From NCBI RefSeq assembly GCF_044324875.1, contig NZ_CP172185.1: 64,000 nt of DNA. The stretch is one strand, 5' to 3'. Positions 61,664 through 64,000 of this stretch are shown piece after piece. Both the position numbers and the translations under genes were made by a program. This DNA is from Escherichia coli. Its GTDB lineage: Bacteria > Pseudomonadota > Gammaproteobacteria > Enterobacterales > Enterobacteriaceae. The notes beneath the pieces were generated by a model. It was not told where the DNA came from and searched no databases. It was given only the letters and a program-made list of their open reading frames with translations. Position 1 is the stretch's first letter. Each line of letters opens with the position of its first letter.

Positions 61664-62966
61664 GCGCCTGTACCTTGGCTCCGTAATCATTAATCGGCTG
61701 CCATTTCGCTGGCAGTCCGGTGAAATCTGCTTGCGCTACGCCAAGACGTACCGCCTGATCAATAACAATGCGCGCAACGTCAAAGTGACGTGCACGCGGA
61801 TACTGTGACAGATATTCGCGTACCACCAGACCAAGATCCAGCGGCACTTGTCTGGTTTTGTACACGGCGAGTTGTTCTTCGATGATCGCCGCCAGCTGTT
61901 CGCGGATCTCGTTAAACTCTTCGTACTCCAGATCCTCAGGAAGTTCTCCTGTCACTTCTTCATCGCGCAGAGCCATCTCTTCGTCACGCATATCCAACAG
62001 ACGATCGGCATTGGCATAAGTTAGCGCCCACGGCTCATCAAAATAGGTTTGTACCGACTGACGTAACCGCTGAGCAAAGACGCGGTTTTTATCCATATCG
62101 ATCGCAGTACGAATAAATTTGTGTACGTGGCGGTCGTAGCCAATCCACAAATCGATGGATTGCTGGCCCCAGCTGATAATACGGTCAAGTTTGCTCTGCA
62201 GATCGAATACCAGACGATCGACAAAATGCAGATCGTCATGGGTCATCGTCGCATCCTGAATGCGCAACAGATTAGCCTGCAATTTGTCGCCTGCCGCTTC
62301 CAGCGTATCCTGCAATTCACGCAGCGTTCCGGAAGTTTCCGAAAGCAACAATTCACAGCTGGAGATCGCCGCCCGCCAGTCTTTGTTCAGCAACTGGGCG
62401 ATATCGTCCTTCACCTGCTGCTGCTGTTCGTCCATCAGACGTTGCGTCAGGTCGATACTGTCGAAAATTTCTGCTACCGAATATTTCAGTGGCGCATAAA
62501 CATTACGGTGCCAGTGAAATTCATCACCGCCCTCTTCGGCGGCATCTGCCGCGCGTTTGAGCTCACCCGCCACAATCGACAACTGCATAGAAAGGCGCAG
62601 CGTAGAAAACTCGCGCTGACGGATGTAATAGTCAGTAATGCCGATGCCGAGCGGCGTCAGACGGTAAATTGCGTTCCCTTCCGCCTGCTCGCTGGTAAAG
62701 CGGTTCAGCAGACGTTGACGCACCATGTCGTTGATCGCGTTGTTGGCGCGCACGCCGATGGTTTCGCTGGTTTGCTCAAACGCATCACTCACATGGCGGA
62801 ATGCATCCACCAGCTCGCCTTCACTCATCTCACCATCCAGACGCTCGCCGTTCAGCGTGGCAACCGCCAGCAGAAAAGAGAGTCGGTCTACCGGCAGCGA
62901 GATGGAGAAGTCATTTTTTCTGGCCCAGGCAACCAGTTCGGGGACTGTCTGGGAAAATTCACTCAT
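61644..62966 (-). CDS. mukF: Chromosome partition protein MukF (kleisin)
   Basis: 440-aa [39 protein letters not shown]. Confidence 0.95.
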
Positions 62967-63748
62967 ACTTTATCCTTGCTCTGCGGTTTGCGCGCGGTGA
63001 CATGAATATAACGCCCCAGGGTAATATACGGTTCCTGACGGCAATAACGCGTTTCTAATTCAAGTAATGCTTCATAGCAGTCGCGCTGCTGGTGCTTCTC
63101 GCGCAGATAATCATGAAACACGCGAACGCCTGTCTTACCCATAATTTGCCAACCAGCTTCTTCCAGCCACAGATAAACCTGCGCCGGGTCGCGTGGATAA
63201 TCTGGCGAAAGCGTCCGTTTTTTCTTTTTCGGCATTCCCGCCTGCACGTAATCAAAATTCCCGGCGACCATGTTATGCATCAGCAAGCCGTGCGCATTGT
63301 AGAACATTAACGACAACACACCGCCTGGACGCAACACTGACCACAGGGTCTGTAATACGCTGCGGGGATCGGCCACCCACTCGAGCACCGCATGGAACAA
63401 TATCAGATCAACGGGCGTTTCCAAATGCGAAGCAACATCCTGAGCGGCGCAATGTATAAATTGCATGTTGTCGCTCACACCTTTTGCTTCTGCCGCCTGT
63501 TTTGCGCGGTCGATCATCTGCGCAGAAAGATCGCATAAAATGACCTGATGCCCACGCTCGGCCATTTTGATTGCGGTCTGCCCTTCTCCACCGCCAGCAT
63601 CCAGCACACGCAGTTTTTGCGGGCCCATTTCCGCCAGCACGCGATCGAGATCCTGCCACAGAATAGCCTGTCGAAGCTGCCCTTTGGTGGTGCCGTAAAT
63701 GTTACGGGAAAACTTTTCCGCAATATCATCAAAATTGCGATCCTGCAT
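62963..63748 (-). CDS. smtA: SAM-dependent methyltransferase SmtA/CmoM
   Basis: 261-aa product [19 protein letters not shown] with [12 protein letters not shown]-binding motif; first gene of the smtA-mukFEB operon. Confidence 0.9.
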
Positions 63749-63883
63749 TGCTTTCTCCACCGGTTGGCTAAGACGTTTTCTGATAAAGACGCTATTTTGT
63801 CACAGCCACGGCGAGAATGAACCCGTCTGGTGTAATATCGCTGGCGATCCCTTGCTATATGGTTAAAAAAGGAACCAGAAAGG

Positions 63884-64000
63884 ATGCTTTTTACACTGAA
63901 AAAAGTGATTGGCAATATGTTGCTGCCACTTCCGCTGATGTTGTTGATTATTGGCGCTGGCCTGGCGCTGCTGTGGTTTAGCCGTTTTCAAAAAACCGGG
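63884..64000 (+). CDS. elyC: Envelope biogenesis factor ElyC (YcbC), N-terminal fragment (runs off window end)
   Basis: ATG at 63884 followed by MLFTLKKVIGNMLLPLPLMLLIIGAGLALLWFSRFQKTG; divergent from smtA. Confidence 0.75.
   Translation, partial: MLFTLKKVIGNMLLPLPLMLLIIGAGLALLWFSRFQKTG

Noticed and set aside
62121-63005. 294-aa ORF antisense to mukF
   Set aside because: Shadow ORF; mukF on the minus strand is full-length and matches the known protein.

Overview
This window reads as a contiguous stretch of Escherichia coli core chromosome, collinear with the K-12 hya–serT–ompA–fabA–pqi–pyrD–elf–ssu–pepN–asnS–ompF–aspC–muk region in reverse-complement orientation. About 55 protein genes are recognisable and all but one are intact, plus one tRNA-Ser (serT). 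I found no novel multi-gene system, prophage, defence island or CRISPR array. What departs from the K-12 layout is: (1) three identical ~712-bp IS200-family elements, each inserted directly after a hairpin plus T-run, one of them inside the ompF upstream regulatory region between the distal OmpR F4 site and the core promoter; (2) a single in-frame TAG that truncates rlmI at codon 253; and (3) a non-K-12 OmpA surface-loop allele. Gene identities come from reading the translated ORFs and recalling the E. coli proteins; nothing was searched against a database. CDS coordinates are anchored to the supplied ORF track; hand-counted small features (tRNA, terminators, binding sites, REP) may be off by 1-2 bp.
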